DNA of 64,000 nt, from positions 1,600,001 to 1,664,000 of the forward strand of contig CAVUDP010000002.1 of assembly GCA_963740315.1 (NCBI GenBank). The letters are read 5' to 3'. The notes under the pieces are model-generated. The model searched no databases. It saw nothing but the letters and a program-made list of their open reading frames with translations, and was not told the origin of the DNA. A program made the position numbers and the translations under genes. The DNA is from an uncultured cyanobacterium. Its GTDB lineage: Bacteria > Cyanobacteriota > Cyanobacteriia > Cyanobacteriales > Nostocaceae. Every line of letters begins with the position of its first letter. Position 1 is the first letter of the stretch. This document shows, in pieces, positions 31,638-42,120 of this stretch.

Positions 31638-32579
31638 TTAAGACAAAGTTTCTAAAAAAAAAGAAATATGATATCTAGGATTTTCACTATGTTCCGAATA
31701 AAACTTTCCGATTTCCAGCAATAATTGGTCTTTGAATGCTTCAACAGAGCTACTCCAATCTGGTGATGGTTGGATTTGATTCCAGCAATATTTGGCTTTT
31801 TTCAGTGTTAGTAAACTATATATCAAATCATTTTTTCGCAATTCATCGTTACAAGCTTTAAATTCAGACTTCCATGAGTTACATAATTCTTTGACTCCAG
31901 AACAATCTAATCCCGTGCAATAACTAATACGATTAGATACTTTTGCTAAATTATCCTGTAAATCGGCATCGTGAATAAAATTATCTGCCATTTTTATATA
32001 AATTTTTTCAAGAGAAAGCTTATTGCGATCGTAAATTGGAGTATTTAAAGAATTATCAAAAACTGATTGAAGTTCAGGTGTTAAAAAATATGCTTCTTTA
32101 TGGATTAAACCAGTTACCCATATACGATCTTCTTTGACATTTTGTTCGTTGACTTTAGTTTTTTCGTACATATTTTTAAAAATTTCTTCTGTATCTGAAA
32201 ACTGATAATCGTAAAAATTTTTAATATTTTGAATCTGAATATCTAAATCTACAATTGCAAATAGCTTTTCTGGATTTAAATAGGAGTTATTAATATCTTG
32301 ATGATGTAATTTTAAAAGGTTAAAGTAGCTATCTATTACATCTTTTCTGTCTCCACAGTTAAAAAATTGCGGTCGATACTGTTTCCAAGAACTTGGAACG
32401 CACGCATTATAAAAATTTGCATCTGGCATTTGTTCCATTTTCTTATATGATTGAGGTGAAGGTCTGCCTTGATTTTTTTTGATTTCACCTTCACAAAGAA
32501 TAACAATTTTATTCAAAATTCTACGTTGCTTAAGAATTTCCTGACAATGCTGCTGTAATTCTTCAGGTTTCAGCCCCAT
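31638..32579 (-). CDS. TOPRIM-like (DUF4435/AriB-like) protein
   Basis: VILCEG, D..FY, CGDRKDV, AIVDLD and HKEAY motifs; starts 2 bp after the ATPase stop. Confidence 0.65.
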   Translation of the reverse strand: MGLKPEELQQHCQEILKQRRILNKIVILCEGEIKKNQGRPSPQSYKKMEQMPDANFYNACVPSSWKQYRPQFFNCGDRKDVIDSYFNLLKLHHQDINNSYLNPEKLFAIVDLDIQIQNIKNFYDYQFSDTEEIFKNMYEKTKVNEQNVKEDRIWVTGLIHKEAYFLTPELQSVFDNSLNTPIYDRNKLSLEKIYIKMADNFIHDADLQDNLAKVSNRISYCTGLDCSGVKELCNSWKSEFKACNDELRKNDLIYSLLTLKKAKYCWNQIQPSPDWSSSVEAFKDQLLLEIGKFYSEHSENPRYHISFFLETLS

Positions 32580-32581
32580 AT

Positions 32582-33661
32582 TTACGATTCCGATTCTTGC
32601 TTTATTAACCTTGGTTCTAATTCTTTAACATGAGCGGGAGTAACCGCTTGACACAATTCATATGAATGAGTAGCAATAATATATTGATTTTTTGGTGCCC
32701 ATTCAGCAATATCTTTAATTATTTGATATTGCCAATCTGGATGAAATCCGTTTTCAATTTCATCGATTAAAACGATTGAATCTTCTATAATATTGTACTT
32801 GATCCAAGCATAAATACTGAGTCGTTTTAATTCACCGTGACTTAAATCTTCTGGATATAATTCTATATTTCCCCAATCTGACCTATCTGCTTTAAAAGTG
32901 AAGCCAGTTAAGTCAGGATTTATGTTTATTTTCTTATTTAATAAAATTTGATTTAGCTCGTTTACAAGTTTTTGATAATTATTTCCGTATTCTCCTGTTT
33001 CTATAGCTTGTTTGAAATCTTTGTCTCTTGTAGATTTGAAGATTTCAAGTAAGAGGTCTACCGCTAAAAAGTCATATGTAAAAAATCCTGATAATTTAGA
33101 TTGTAACTGTTTTAGTTGTGAATAGTAATTATTTGTGTTGTCATTCTTTTGCTGTTTAAAAATAAAATCTATCGAGTCTTTCTTAAGGAACAGAAAAACT
33201 TGAGTAGCAGGAGCAGCTAAAAAAATCTTATTTGATAAATTATTTAGAAAATCTTCAACTTTATCGATATCCATCTTATCAACACCAAAAAATATAGTTT
33301 CTGATATCTTAATAAGAAGTTTATTCTTTTTACTTATTAAACTTCTCGAAGAAGGCTTCTTATAAACAACAAATTCAAGATTAACAGTTTTCTCCCCATC
33401 CCAAATATCAAAACTAGCTAAAACTCGTTTCTGAGAATCATCATCAATCTCAAATCCATAAAGCATATTTTTGATAAACTCATGCTTGCTACTATCACCC
33501 GAACAGTGCAGCAAAACAAAAATTAATTGTAAAAGCGTACTTTTTCCACCACCATTTTGACTACCCAACGGAAAAATATTAGGTACAAAATCCTTTTCAA
33601 AAGAGATATCAACGTTCTTTAAGACGCGAAAATCGGGAACTTGAACTTTTAGTAATTTCAT
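32582..33661 (-). CDS. ABC-type ATPase (AAA_15/AAA_21, AriA-like)
   Basis: Walker A GSQNGGGKST, signature LSHGE, Walker B LIDEIENGFHPDWQ and H-loop IATHS. Confidence 0.9.
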   Translation of the reverse strand: MKLLKVQVPDFRVLKNVDISFEKDFVPNIFPLGSQNGGGKSTLLQLIFVLLHCSGDSSKHEFIKNMLYGFEIDDDSQKRVLASFDIWDGEKTVNLEFVVYKKPSSRSLISKKNKLLIKISETIFFGVDKMDIDKVEDFLNNLSNKIFLAAPATQVFLFLKKDSIDFIFKQQKNDNTNNYYSQLKQLQSKLSGFFTYDFLAVDLLLEIFKSTRDKDFKQAIETGEYGNNYQKLVNELNQILLNKKININPDLTGFTFKADRSDWGNIELYPEDLSHGELKRLSIYAWIKYNIIEDSIVLIDEIENGFHPDWQYQIIKDIAEWAPKNQYIIATHSYELCQAVTPAHVKELEPRLIKQESES

Positions 33662-33720
33662 ATATAGTTCCTATTATCAATTTCAAAACTTACAGATTGC
33701 ATTTTACAAAAAGATTATAT

Positions 33721-34326
33721 TTAACTCTCCATCTCTCTTACTCTTTCTCGCCATTCTAATGCTGCTTCTAAGGGTTCGATCGCCAACACATAATGCGTTA
33801 ACATTGTCAAATCCAAATTAGGTAAAATCTCACTTTTTGCAACTTGTTTGTAACTATTACCACGTAAACAATAAATTTCAAACCGATTATTTTTGAAAAA
33901 CCAAACTTCTCTAATACCCAGCCGTTTGTAAAGTTCTAATTTATCTAAACCACCGCTGGTAACAACTACTTCAATTGCAATATCGGGAAATTCTTTTTCT
34001 AAACCAATACAATAAGATTCATCTGGTTCTGTTCCACCTCGTTTTTCAGATTTGCGAAGTGTTGTAGAACCTAAAGGAAAATAACGAATGCGTTTTTCTT
34101 GGCAGTAAGCTTCTATTAAAGAACCAATATTCGTTTTGTTGCGTTCGTGTTTGCGATTGGGTGACACAAATTCTAATACCCCATCTAAATAAGTAACCCG
34201 ATACTGTAGACTATCCCCCAGTTCATTCAGCAATTCATAACTTTCCCAACTAACACCACTAATTATCTGACGTTCTTCCGGGTCTTCAGCCTGTATAATT
34301 TCAAAAAAGTCTTGAAGTAAGACCAT
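33721..34326 (-). CDS. Uma2 family endonuclease
   Basis: VSWESYE, EPDESYC, PDIAIEVV and KLELYKRLGIREVW. Confidence 0.93.
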   Translation of the reverse strand: MVLLQDFFEIIQAEDPEERQIISGVSWESYELLNELGDSLQYRVTYLDGVLEFVSPNRKHERNKTNIGSLIEAYCQEKRIRYFPLGSTTLRKSEKRGGTEPDESYCIGLEKEFPDIAIEVVVTSGGLDKLELYKRLGIREVWFFKNNRFEIYCLRGNSYKQVAKSEILPNLDLTMLTHYVLAIEPLEAALEWRERVREMES

Positions 34327-34381
34327 AGCAATTTAATTTTTATATGATGGGTGACTTAAATCAAGTTTATCTATAAAATCA

Positions 34382-35224
34382 TTAGTTATCTTTCTTCCAC
34401 ATAACATGAAATGCACAAAGATATAATGTCTCGATGGTATCTCCAAGATTTTTACTTAAAGCATCTCTTAATTCATTAAATAAATCATCTCGCTGCATAG
34501 AATCCAATACTATATAAGGTGATAAAGTACTCAGCAACGTTAAATAATCATCAATGCTGTAAGCGCGATCGCACTCCATCTGCTCGTAAACGAAATCCTT
34601 GAATAACCCGGATTTCACTACATTTTCCCCTAATTCTTGAAGAATTCTTTCCTGTGTTGCTCTTTCTTCGTATCGTGATAGGGAAGGAACTTGTTTTTGG
34701 TAAACCTCATCTAAGATTTGGTACACTTCATAGCTGGGTTGGGGTTCTTTGTTCCACAGTAAAATCAAATTACCATCATCTTTTAAGGCTCGATCTAATT
34801 TGGGATATCCGACTTGTGGTGAAACCCAGTGAAAAGAAGTTGCGGCAAGAACAGTATTAAATTTATTTGGCTGTAATTCCCATTCTTCAAAGGTGGTATT
34901 GATAATTTCTACATTCGGAAAACCCGCACAGTTTTGTCTCGCTAAATTGCAGGATTCCTGACTGGGTTCCAGACACACCATTGAAAAGCCCATTTTAGCA
35001 AACTCCGTTGTTGCAGTTCCAGGACCGCACCCTATTTCTAAAATATTCGTGTTTTTACTGAGTTTGGCTAATTCTACTGTACGATTAATCAGTTGCTGGG
35101 GATAGCGAGGTCGAGTTCTACTGTACGCATCCGCAACATTACTGTACCAGTTCTTTCTCTGCTCTAAACTGTAATCATCTCGATAGTTTTTATAAGTATT
35201 TTGGATTTGTTCTGAATCTTTCAT
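34382..35224 (-). CDS. Class I SAM-dependent methyltransferase
   Basis: ILEIGCGPG, LEPS and ATSFHWV. Confidence 0.93.
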   Translation of the reverse strand: MKDSEQIQNTYKNYRDDYSLEQRKNWYSNVADAYSRTRPRYPQQLINRTVELAKLSKNTNILEIGCGPGTATTEFAKMGFSMVCLEPSQESCNLARQNCAGFPNVEIINTTFEEWELQPNKFNTVLAATSFHWVSPQVGYPKLDRALKDDGNLILLWNKEPQPSYEVYQILDEVYQKQVPSLSRYEERATQERILQELGENVVKSGLFKDFVYEQMECDRAYSIDDYLTLLSTLSPYIVLDSMQRDDLFNELRDALSKNLGDTIETLYLCAFHVMWKKDN

Positions 35225-35548
35225 GATTCTCCATATTAATGAGGTAATTGGATATTAACCTTATTACTTTGACCTTTGACCTTTAACCTATTTGTATAAA
35301 GTTATCGTAAACAATCGGGAACAAATCATCTCAGAAACTACGTCAAAACTCGTATACAAGCACACACATTAATATCATATTTGTCCCTACTAAGTTTATA
35401 GTATGGGATAATTAATTCTTTGTATTTAATTGCTTTTAAAGTACTATTGCCTAGAAAACAAGACATTTAGTAAGCTGCAATTTTGATTCAATATCAGAAA
35501 CAAATCTTAAATATTTGTAAACTAATGACGGATAGAGGTAACTTGACT

Positions 35549-38020
35549 ATGACATCATCTAAAGGTAATTCTACTACAAATAAAGCCCGGATATTTGCTG
35601 TTTTAGCATTAACAGGCATTATATCGGTTGCTAACGAGTTTGCGCTACTAAAAAGCGCGATCGCAACTCCGGTGGTTGTGCCTACATCTCAAAATTACAA
35701 CTTAAGTAATGCGGGAAATATAGTTAGCCAACAAAACAATCAAACCATAATTCAAGTACAGAGACAGAATGACACAAAAAGCGGTTTACCTCTTGCGGTG
35801 GTGAATGCTGTTACCAAAGATGTATCTCGTCGTGAAAATATTCCCGAAACTAGATTAAGAATCGTCAATTACAGTAAAGAAACTTGGCGCAATGGATGCT
35901 TGGAAGTACTCAAACCCGGTGAAATGTGTACCCAAGCTTTGGTTCCCGGTTATAAAGTTACGGTATCTGATGGCAGCCAAAAGTGGATTTATCATACCGA
36001 TAAAAATGGACGTAAATTACGTTTAGCATCTGGTAATTCTGGCGATTCTGGTTCGCAATTACCTGATTCCGTAAAATCGCGAGTAATAAGAGATGCTTCT
36101 CAACGCTTGGGGCAGCCGATTTCTAACTTTTTCATTATGCAGACGCAGGAGAAGACTTGGAAGGATGGCTGTTTGGAATTACGCGACGCTAATACAGTTT
36201 GTTCTCAGGTTTTAGTACCTGGTTATCGGGTTATTGTCGGTACCAAAGGGCAAAGTTTGGTTTACCATACTAATAAGTCTGGTTCGGTAATTAAGCTGAA
36301 TACTAAAGCGAGTGAGATTACCGATAACGGCTTACCTTCTCAAGTCAAAGACACGGTTTTAAAAGCTGCATCGGAATTCATTGGTAGTTCTCGACTCCGC
36401 GTTACAAAAGCCGAGCAAGTCACCTTTACCGATAGCTGCTTGAATTTAGGACGTGCAAACGAATCTTGTTTGAGAGCAAATCAGAAGGGATGGAGAGTTA
36501 CCGTCAAAGGTGCCAGCCAAACTTTGATTTATCACACTTCCATCGATGGCAATCAAATTCGTTTGAATGCAGCTGCTAGCAAGTTAAGATTACCCCAAAA
36601 CGTTCGCAATGCCGTATTAAAAGAAGCTGGAAATATTTCTGGTTTTTCATCAAGAAAATTAAAAATCGTTTCCTTCAAACCAGCAAACTGGCAATATGGT
36701 TGTGAAGATTTTAGTTTCAACAATCCTTGTGACAGAACAGATGTTTCCGGTTGGGAAGTAACTGTCAGCGGAAACTCTCAAACCTCGGTATTTTTCACCG
36801 ATGCAACGGGAAATCAAGTAAAGTTATCTAATCAAAATCAAACCCCATCCCAATTACCTAGAGTTGTTTCGGGTGCTATTCTTAGAGATGCTACTCAATG
36901 GTCGGGTTTATCTCAAAGAGCAATACGGATTGTAAAAAGCGAGCGTCAAATTTGGAGCAATCCCTGTTACTTAACCTTCAACCGGATTTGCAACAAAGCT
37001 TTTATTCGTACTCCCGGCTGGATAGTTACAGTAGAAGCAAATAATCAAACTTGGATTTACCACGCTAACGATAACGCTTCGATAGTAACTCTCGATCGCA
37101 CCCAAAGTTTAACTCAAAAAGCGGCAGCAGTACTCAAACAAGATGCAGCAAAACGCTCCCGATATACATCATCTGTCGAGCAAATTCGGGTTATCGAAGT
37201 TGAACAACTCAACGAAAGACAAAATAACGTCCCCTTGATGAAAGCTACTTTGTCCGACGGTAGAGAAACTTGGACTTATCGTTTTAAACAAGATGGTTCG
37301 GATTTTGAACTTGATGCAACTGCAACTTTACCAAAATCCATTGAAAATGCAGTATTATCCGACGTAAGAAACCGCGTCGAAGGTAGAATTGCAGTTTCTC
37401 CCAAAAATATTGTAGAATCCCAACCAGTAAGATGGCGCAATGGTTGTTTGGGTATAGTTAACCAACGCAGAACACGCTATTGTTTCTCCAGAATTGTAGA
37501 CGGCTACCGAGTAACCGTAAAAGTTGGTTCGGAAATATTCGTTTATCATACCGATAGTAGCTCCAAAGTAATTTTAAACGAAAGTGCTAGTAAGATAAAT
37601 GGGAATCAGAATACAGTTTTACCCGTAAGAATTCCCCGTAACGAACTACCATCACCTTTAACCAGAGGAGTAGTATTTCGTCAAATTAGCAGCGGTGGTT
37701 TTGCCGGACAAACCTACGAAACCGTTTTATTTGAAGATGGACGGATAATCCGCTATCGCATGGGTGATATGAACGATTCTCAGCGTAGCGATCGCCAAGT
37801 TTCTGGTAAACAAGTACGGGATTTTCAAAGACTATTGCAGCGTCAGCGCGATGAATTTAATAATATGAGCTATCCCGCTGCCAGAGGTGCCGCTGATTTT
37901 ATTACCTATACCCTTACCAGCCGTGATGGTACCGTGCAATTTAACGACACTTCCCGCGATAACATATCCAAAGATTTAATGAATGTAGTGGAAGCTTGGA
38001 ATCAGATTTTGAGAGCGTAG
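35549..38020 (+). CDS. Secreted protein with about 7 tandem ~90-aa Cys-containing repeats
   Basis: Repeat LP..V...V...S...IV.....W..GC......C.Q..VPGY.VTV......YHT...G; signal-peptide-like N-terminus. Confidence 0.88.
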   Translation: MTSSKGNSTTNKARIFAVLALTGIISVANEFALLKSAIATPVVVPTSQNYNLSNAGNIVSQQNNQTIIQVQRQNDTKSGLPLAVVNAVTKDVSRRENIPETRLRIVNYSKETWRNGCLEVLKPGEMCTQALVPGYKVTVSDGSQKWIYHTDKNGRKLRLASGNSGDSGSQLPDSVKSRVIRDASQRLGQPISNFFIMQTQEKTWKDGCLELRDANTVCSQVLVPGYRVIVGTKGQSLVYHTNKSGSVIKLNTKASEITDNGLPSQVKDTVLKAASEFIGSSRLRVTKAEQVTFTDSCLNLGRANESCLRANQKGWRVTVKGASQTLIYHTSIDGNQIRLNAAASKLRLPQNVRNAVLKEAGNISGFSSRKLKIVSFKPANWQYGCEDFSFNNPCDRTDVSGWEVTVSGNSQTSVFFTDATGNQVKLSNQNQTPSQLPRVVSGAILRDATQWSGLSQRAIRIVKSERQIWSNPCYLTFNRICNKAFIRTPGWIVTVEANNQTWIYHANDNASIVTLDRTQSLTQKAAAVLKQDAAKRSRYTSSVEQIRVIEVEQLNERQNNVPLMKATLSDGRETWTYRFKQDGSDFELDATATLPKSIENAVLSDVRNRVEGRIAVSPKNIVESQPVRWRNGCLGIVNQRRTRYCFSRIVDGYRVTVKVGSEIFVYHTDSSSKVILNESASKINGNQNTVLPVRIPRNELPSPLTRGVVFRQISSGGFAGQTYETVLFEDGRIIRYRMGDMNDSQRSDRQVSGKQVRDFQRLLQRQRDEFNNMSYPAARGAADFITYTLTSRDGTVQFNDTSRDNISKDLMNVVEAWNQILRA

Positions 38021-38128
38021 GGTATAGGGCATATAAATATATACGTAGGTTCGTAGTAAGGGCTTTAGCGCTTCCATGCGAGGTAACAAATTCTCCCTAC
38101 GAACCGATGAGAATTAATGTGGACTAAT

Positions 38129-38479
38129 ACTAGTCTTTTTGATTAGTTTTGAAGGGTAAAAAGGTTCGTAGTAAGTGCTTTAGCACCTCCGGATTTGGGG
38201 CTGAAGCCCTTACTACAAACCTATCAGAATAAATGAAATGCACTACTAGTCTTTTTGATTAGTTTTGAAGGGTAATAAGGTTCGTAGTAAGTGCTTTAGC
38301 ACCTCCGGATTTTGGGCTGAAGCCCTTACTACAAACCTATCAAAATTAATGAAATGCACTACTAGTCTTTTTGATTAGTTTTGAAGGGTAATAAGGTTCG
38401 TAGTAAGTGCTTTAGCACCTCCGGATTTGGGGCTGAAGCCCTTACTACAAACCTATCAAAATTAATGAAAATAACTAGT
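38129..38479 (+). mobile_element. Tandem triplication of a ~116-bp MITE/REPIN-like unit bounded by ACTAGT
   Basis: ACTAGT at 38129, 38245, 38361 and 38474; units nearly identical; related inverted single copy at about 43436-43560. Confidence 0.88.
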
Positions 38480-38543
38480 AGATTGCATTAAATTTGATGG
38501 GTTAGTTTTTACCGTAGGTGCGGCTCTAAAAAATACTTAAATT

Positions 38544-38585
38544 AAAAGCGGGCAAGTATTAGCGATGATACTTGTCCGCTTTTTT
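38544..38585. terminator. Bidirectional intrinsic terminator
   Basis: AAAAGCGGGCAAGTAT...ATACTTGTCCGCTTTTT hairpin between convergent genes. Confidence 0.75.
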
Positions 38586-38668
38586 ATTGAAAATGCCTGT
38601 ATTACAAAATGCTGGCAAGATGCCTGCACTACGAATTTACCTGCATGAAAATCGCTAACTACTTGGTT

Positions 38669-39109
38669 TTAAGCATCTTTGCCTACTACTTGTGATTTAA
38701 GAGTTGTGATTTCACTAGTTAATTCAGTGCGAGTGGAGGCTTTGAGTAAGTAGCGATAGATAAACCAGGCAGAATAGCCAATACCAATTAACTCAAAGGT
38801 TGGTGCTACTAAGGGAACATCATTTAATGCATCTAAGATAGCTAGCACGACTCTAACTGCGATTAACGCACCTACAGCAATACCAAGGTAGATAAAAAAC
38901 TGCTTGTACTTATTGAAGAAGGTACCTGCGTAAACAGTGAAATTATCTAAGTAGGCAGAAAGTTGCTCTCCGTATTTCAGCCATTGCTCTTGAGATTGCG
39001 TGGAAGGCTGAACTTTGGTTATAGTTCCAGTAGGATTGTTCATTTCTGGCACTTTTGTCTCTGAAGTTTGAGTTTCCACGATTTCCGGTTCTTGCATTGG
39101 GGCTTCCAT
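38669..39109 (-). CDS. curT: CAAD-domain thylakoid curvature protein (CurT family)
   Basis: ILDALNDVPLVAPTFELIGIGYSAWFIYRYLLKASTRTEL. Confidence 0.9.
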   Translation of the reverse strand: MEAPMQEPEIVETQTSETKVPEMNNPTGTITKVQPSTQSQEQWLKYGEQLSAYLDNFTVYAGTFFNKYKQFFIYLGIAVGALIAVRVVLAILDALNDVPLVAPTFELIGIGYSAWFIYRYLLKASTRTELTSEITTLKSQVVGKDA

Positions 39110-39539
39110 GATGGTATTAATTGTTTTTATTCTTCTGGGGGCAGTTACAGCTACAACCGTTATATTATTTGGTTGGGTAGGCATTACCGCTTTTTTTAGA
39201 GAAAGCTAATTAGCGGTACAAAATGATTTTACTTTCCTACCTTGATAATTGTCCCTTAACCACCACATCAACTTTAAAGTTAAAAGTTAAAGTTATATGA
39301 CAGCAGTTATGAGTCAGAAGCGGGCAGAATATATTATTTCCAGCAATCGAGGACTTCTAAGCTGGATAAGCTAGAATCTCAAAAATGGTAATTGTATCCT
39401 GCGCGTGCAAGTTGCTAACAATCATAGCCATTTAAGTACAGGTTATGCAAAAATCTGTTAAGTTTTTAGTTTTATGTTTATTTGAAGTTAAACCGTAAAA
39501 GTCCCATATTTAGCTTGAAAGTCGGGAGCGGGGAACAAA

Positions 39540-39803
39540 ATGAGCAAACAATCTTCACAAAAGCGATTACTAATTTGTACTTTTTTAGCGCTAGCATCCG
39601 GCTTTTTCGGTGGTTATATCGGCGGACATTTTAGCGTGCAAGCCCACAGTCAAAACTGTCAAAATCAAAGGTGGGACTTGTTTAAAGCGGGTTGTAAAGT
39701 TGTGGTAACTCCCGGTGCAATGTGGCAAGGTAGCACTACAGGAATTTGGAGTGGAAGTGTTTTAGGTGCCTTTTTCGGTGGGTTAGTAACGCGGAAGGAG
39801 TAA
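39540..39803 (+). CDS. Small Gly-rich membrane protein
   Basis: 87 aa with two glycine-zipper-like hydrophobic helices and a Cys pair. Confidence 0.7.
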   Translation: MSKQSSQKRLLICTFLALASGFFGGYIGGHFSVQAHSQNCQNQRWDLFKAGCKVVVTPGAMWQGSTTGIWSGSVLGAFFGGLVTRKE

Positions 39804-39950
39804 GGGATGGGGAGACAAGGGGATGGGGGGATGGGGAGACAAGGGGATGGGGGGATGGGGAGACAAGGGGATGGGGAGTTAGGAGTTAAGAGTTAGGAGT
39901 TTGGAATTATCTACCCCCTCTACCCCCTCTACCCCCTCTCCCCCCTCCCT
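39804..39950. repeat. Opposed G-rich and C-rich STRR tracts between convergent genes
   Basis: GGGGAT/GGGGAGACAA repeats followed by (CTACCCCCT)n. Confidence 0.9.
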
Positions 39951-40332
39951 AGTTAAACCGACGAGGGGTTTGTAGACTATTCCAGTTTTTCCATGAATTG
40001 GTATTGGTATCGAAACATCGCCATGAAGAACCATTTTTTGATTCTCGATAACAAAATAAACTGCGTTCGCTGGCGTTAAGGTTGTCAGTAAAATAGTATA
40101 CAATGTCTCTAAAAGGATAGGTTTTGCGGCTTAAACGTTTTGCTACAGCTTGATTGGGACATTCAACAATAAACACTGGCTCGGAATCTATATAGCCTAA
40201 AGAGAAGATACACATTCGTAAGATAGCTCGCAGCCAGCTTTCAGAGTTTTCAAAACATTTATCAACAATTGTATTGCTTAAAGCTCTTTCTAATTTACGG
40301 TTTTGTTGATCGGGAATACGATACTCTGACAT
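39949..40332 (-). CDS. Hypothetical protein
   Basis: 127-aa ORF with ATG start and plausible composition. Confidence 0.7.
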   Translation of the reverse strand: MSEYRIPDQQNRKLERALSNTIVDKCFENSESWLRAILRMCIFSLGYIDSEPVFIVECPNQAVAKRLSRKTYPFRDIVYYFTDNLNASERSLFCYRESKNGSSWRCFDTNTNSWKNWNSLQTPRRFN

Positions 40333-40524
40333 AGCGCTACCAAATTACGAAAAGCATTGATTTGAGATTAAACTATAAGCTCTATAGGTGACAAGCGCAT
40401 ACGAAAAATTACGGCTTTTATTAGTTCATTTTGAAGTTAATTAAGTCTGTATGTTAAAAGTTGAAGGTTAGTAGCAGTACCGTTGACTGGTAAAATTCAG
40501 TTACGTTAATAAAAATAATTTCTT

Positions 40525-40830
40525 ATGAGTGCCCAAGCGAATCAAATGGATGCATCAACTAAGGGTGCAGATGCTGTTGACGAAGCTATTGCTAAAGGAA
40601 TTGATTTGGATGGTTCTCCTATTGAACCTGAAAAGCTGGATTTATACAATCAAGTCATGGCGCTGGAGGGGAATAGGCAGCGTAGTGGTGTGAAAAATAC
40701 GATGAGATCCCGTATTGTCAGAATTGGGGCTAAACATATTTCTCAAGCGGAACTTAATAAAATGCTTGAAGATGCTGATTTTGCAGCTTTGAAGGAAAAG
40801 GAAATCGCTTTTTATTACGGTGGTAAGTAA
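40525..40830 (+). CDS. DUF4090-type small cyanobacterial protein
   Basis: GADAVDEAIAKGIDLDGS...RQRSGVKNTMRSRIVRIGAKH. Confidence 0.85.
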   Translation: MSAQANQMDASTKGADAVDEAIAKGIDLDGSPIEPEKLDLYNQVMALEGNRQRSGVKNTMRSRIVRIGAKHISQAELNKMLEDADFAALKEKEIAFYYGGK

Positions 40831-40882
40831 GATAATTGATTTTTGGCAAGGTTGCCTTTACTAGGATTTAGAGTTTGATTGT

Positions 40883-41322
40883 TGTAGGGTGTGTTGTCGC
40901 AAAGCGCAACGCACCATGATTGCAACTAGTGCAAGATGTGAAATACAAGAAAATTTGTCTTTATCTAAATATTTTGGTGCGCTCACGGCTGAAGCCATAA
41001 CGCACCCTACTAGTACAGAGTCAACGTAAGTCAGGTACCCATATAATAACCGGACTTGAGGATCACAAGAAGACACGCGACGCTACGGTTGAGAAGTCGG
41101 GTTTTTATAAAAATTGTAAGTGTATTACAGATACGTATTCTAAAAACCCGACTTCTGAGCATTAAAAAAAGTGGGTGCGCTATTTAAGCCGTGTGGTACT
41201 AGCTTTACATCTATAAAAATCACATAGAAATTACAGTATTTGTCGCAAATAATAAGTGGTGCGTGACGCTACAAAACTTATAAACACGTACAAAATTTGT
41301 GAAAGCGTCACACACCCTACAA
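40883..41322. repeat. Cluster of REP/REPIN-like palindromic units
   Basis: GTAGGGTG...CACCCTAC at 40884-41010, GAAGTCGGGTTTTT...AAAAACCCGACTTC at 41093-41155 and GGTGCGTGACGCT...AGCGTCACACACCCTAC at 41258-41320. Confidence 0.8.
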
Positions 41323-41423
41323 ATCCCATCTGAGTATCAAAAAATTAAATATAAAAATCACTGTTTTTGCGTAAAAGTTGCAGGTAGGGGAAGATACCAG
41401 AATATACCTTACCAAACGCATTG

Positions 41424-42083
41424 ATGAACAACGATCATCTCAATCGGCAATTACAGGAGTTAGTCGAGGAGATAAAACAGTATTCGGCTAATGATGATAG
41501 TGCGATTATTCGAGTTAAACGACGGATAGCTTTGAATAAGTTTGTCAACGCTGTTGTAAATTCTGGACGATTGAGCAAGCAAACTCAGTGGTTGGGATTA
41601 CCTAATTATGAAGACTATCATAATGAGGCGTTGCAGCTAACTTTGATGGAAATATGCAGCAAAATTGACGAATATAATCCACAATATCCGGTAATGGCGT
41701 GGGTGAATAAAATTTTTCACTGGCGATTTATTGATGTTGTTAATAAAGAACGGAAAAAAGGGATTACTATGGTTCCGAGAGGAGAACAAATATCTCCCGT
41801 TTTGTCTTTGGATGATATCAATAAAGAAATAGATAAACCAAATCAAATATCTCAACAAGCAATCATTAAAGAAATTATCAATAAAGATCCGGAAAAATAT
41901 TTAATTAGCCAACATTTAAAGGGACATCCTGACGCTAATTTAAAAGTAATTTTGCTCTATTTATTGTCAGGAAAGAAATGGAAAGAAATTTCTCAAGAGT
42001 TGGATGTTCCTCTGACAACGGCTTCTAGTTTTTATCAACGTAGAATGCATAAAATAATCGACTATCTAAAGAAGTATATATAG
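41424..42083 (+). CDS. Sigma-70/ECF-like (HetZ-related) factor
   Basis: Region-2-like YHNEALQLTLMEICSKIDEYNP...WVN...RF.D and C-terminal HTH GKKWKEISQELDVPLTTASSFYQR. Confidence 0.78.
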   Translation: MNNDHLNRQLQELVEEIKQYSANDDSAIIRVKRRIALNKFVNAVVNSGRLSKQTQWLGLPNYEDYHNEALQLTLMEICSKIDEYNPQYPVMAWVNKIFHWRFIDVVNKERKKGITMVPRGEQISPVLSLDDINKEIDKPNQISQQAIIKEIINKDPEKYLISQHLKGHPDANLKVILLYLLSGKKWKEISQELDVPLTTASSFYQRRMHKIIDYLKKYI

Positions 42084-42120
42084 AAGTAAATTCACGGCTC
42101 GGCACCTAAATATTTTTATT

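Noticed and set aside
38129..38479. Possible CRISPR array
   Set aside because: The units are near-identical along their whole length with no unique spacers, and no cas genes are present.
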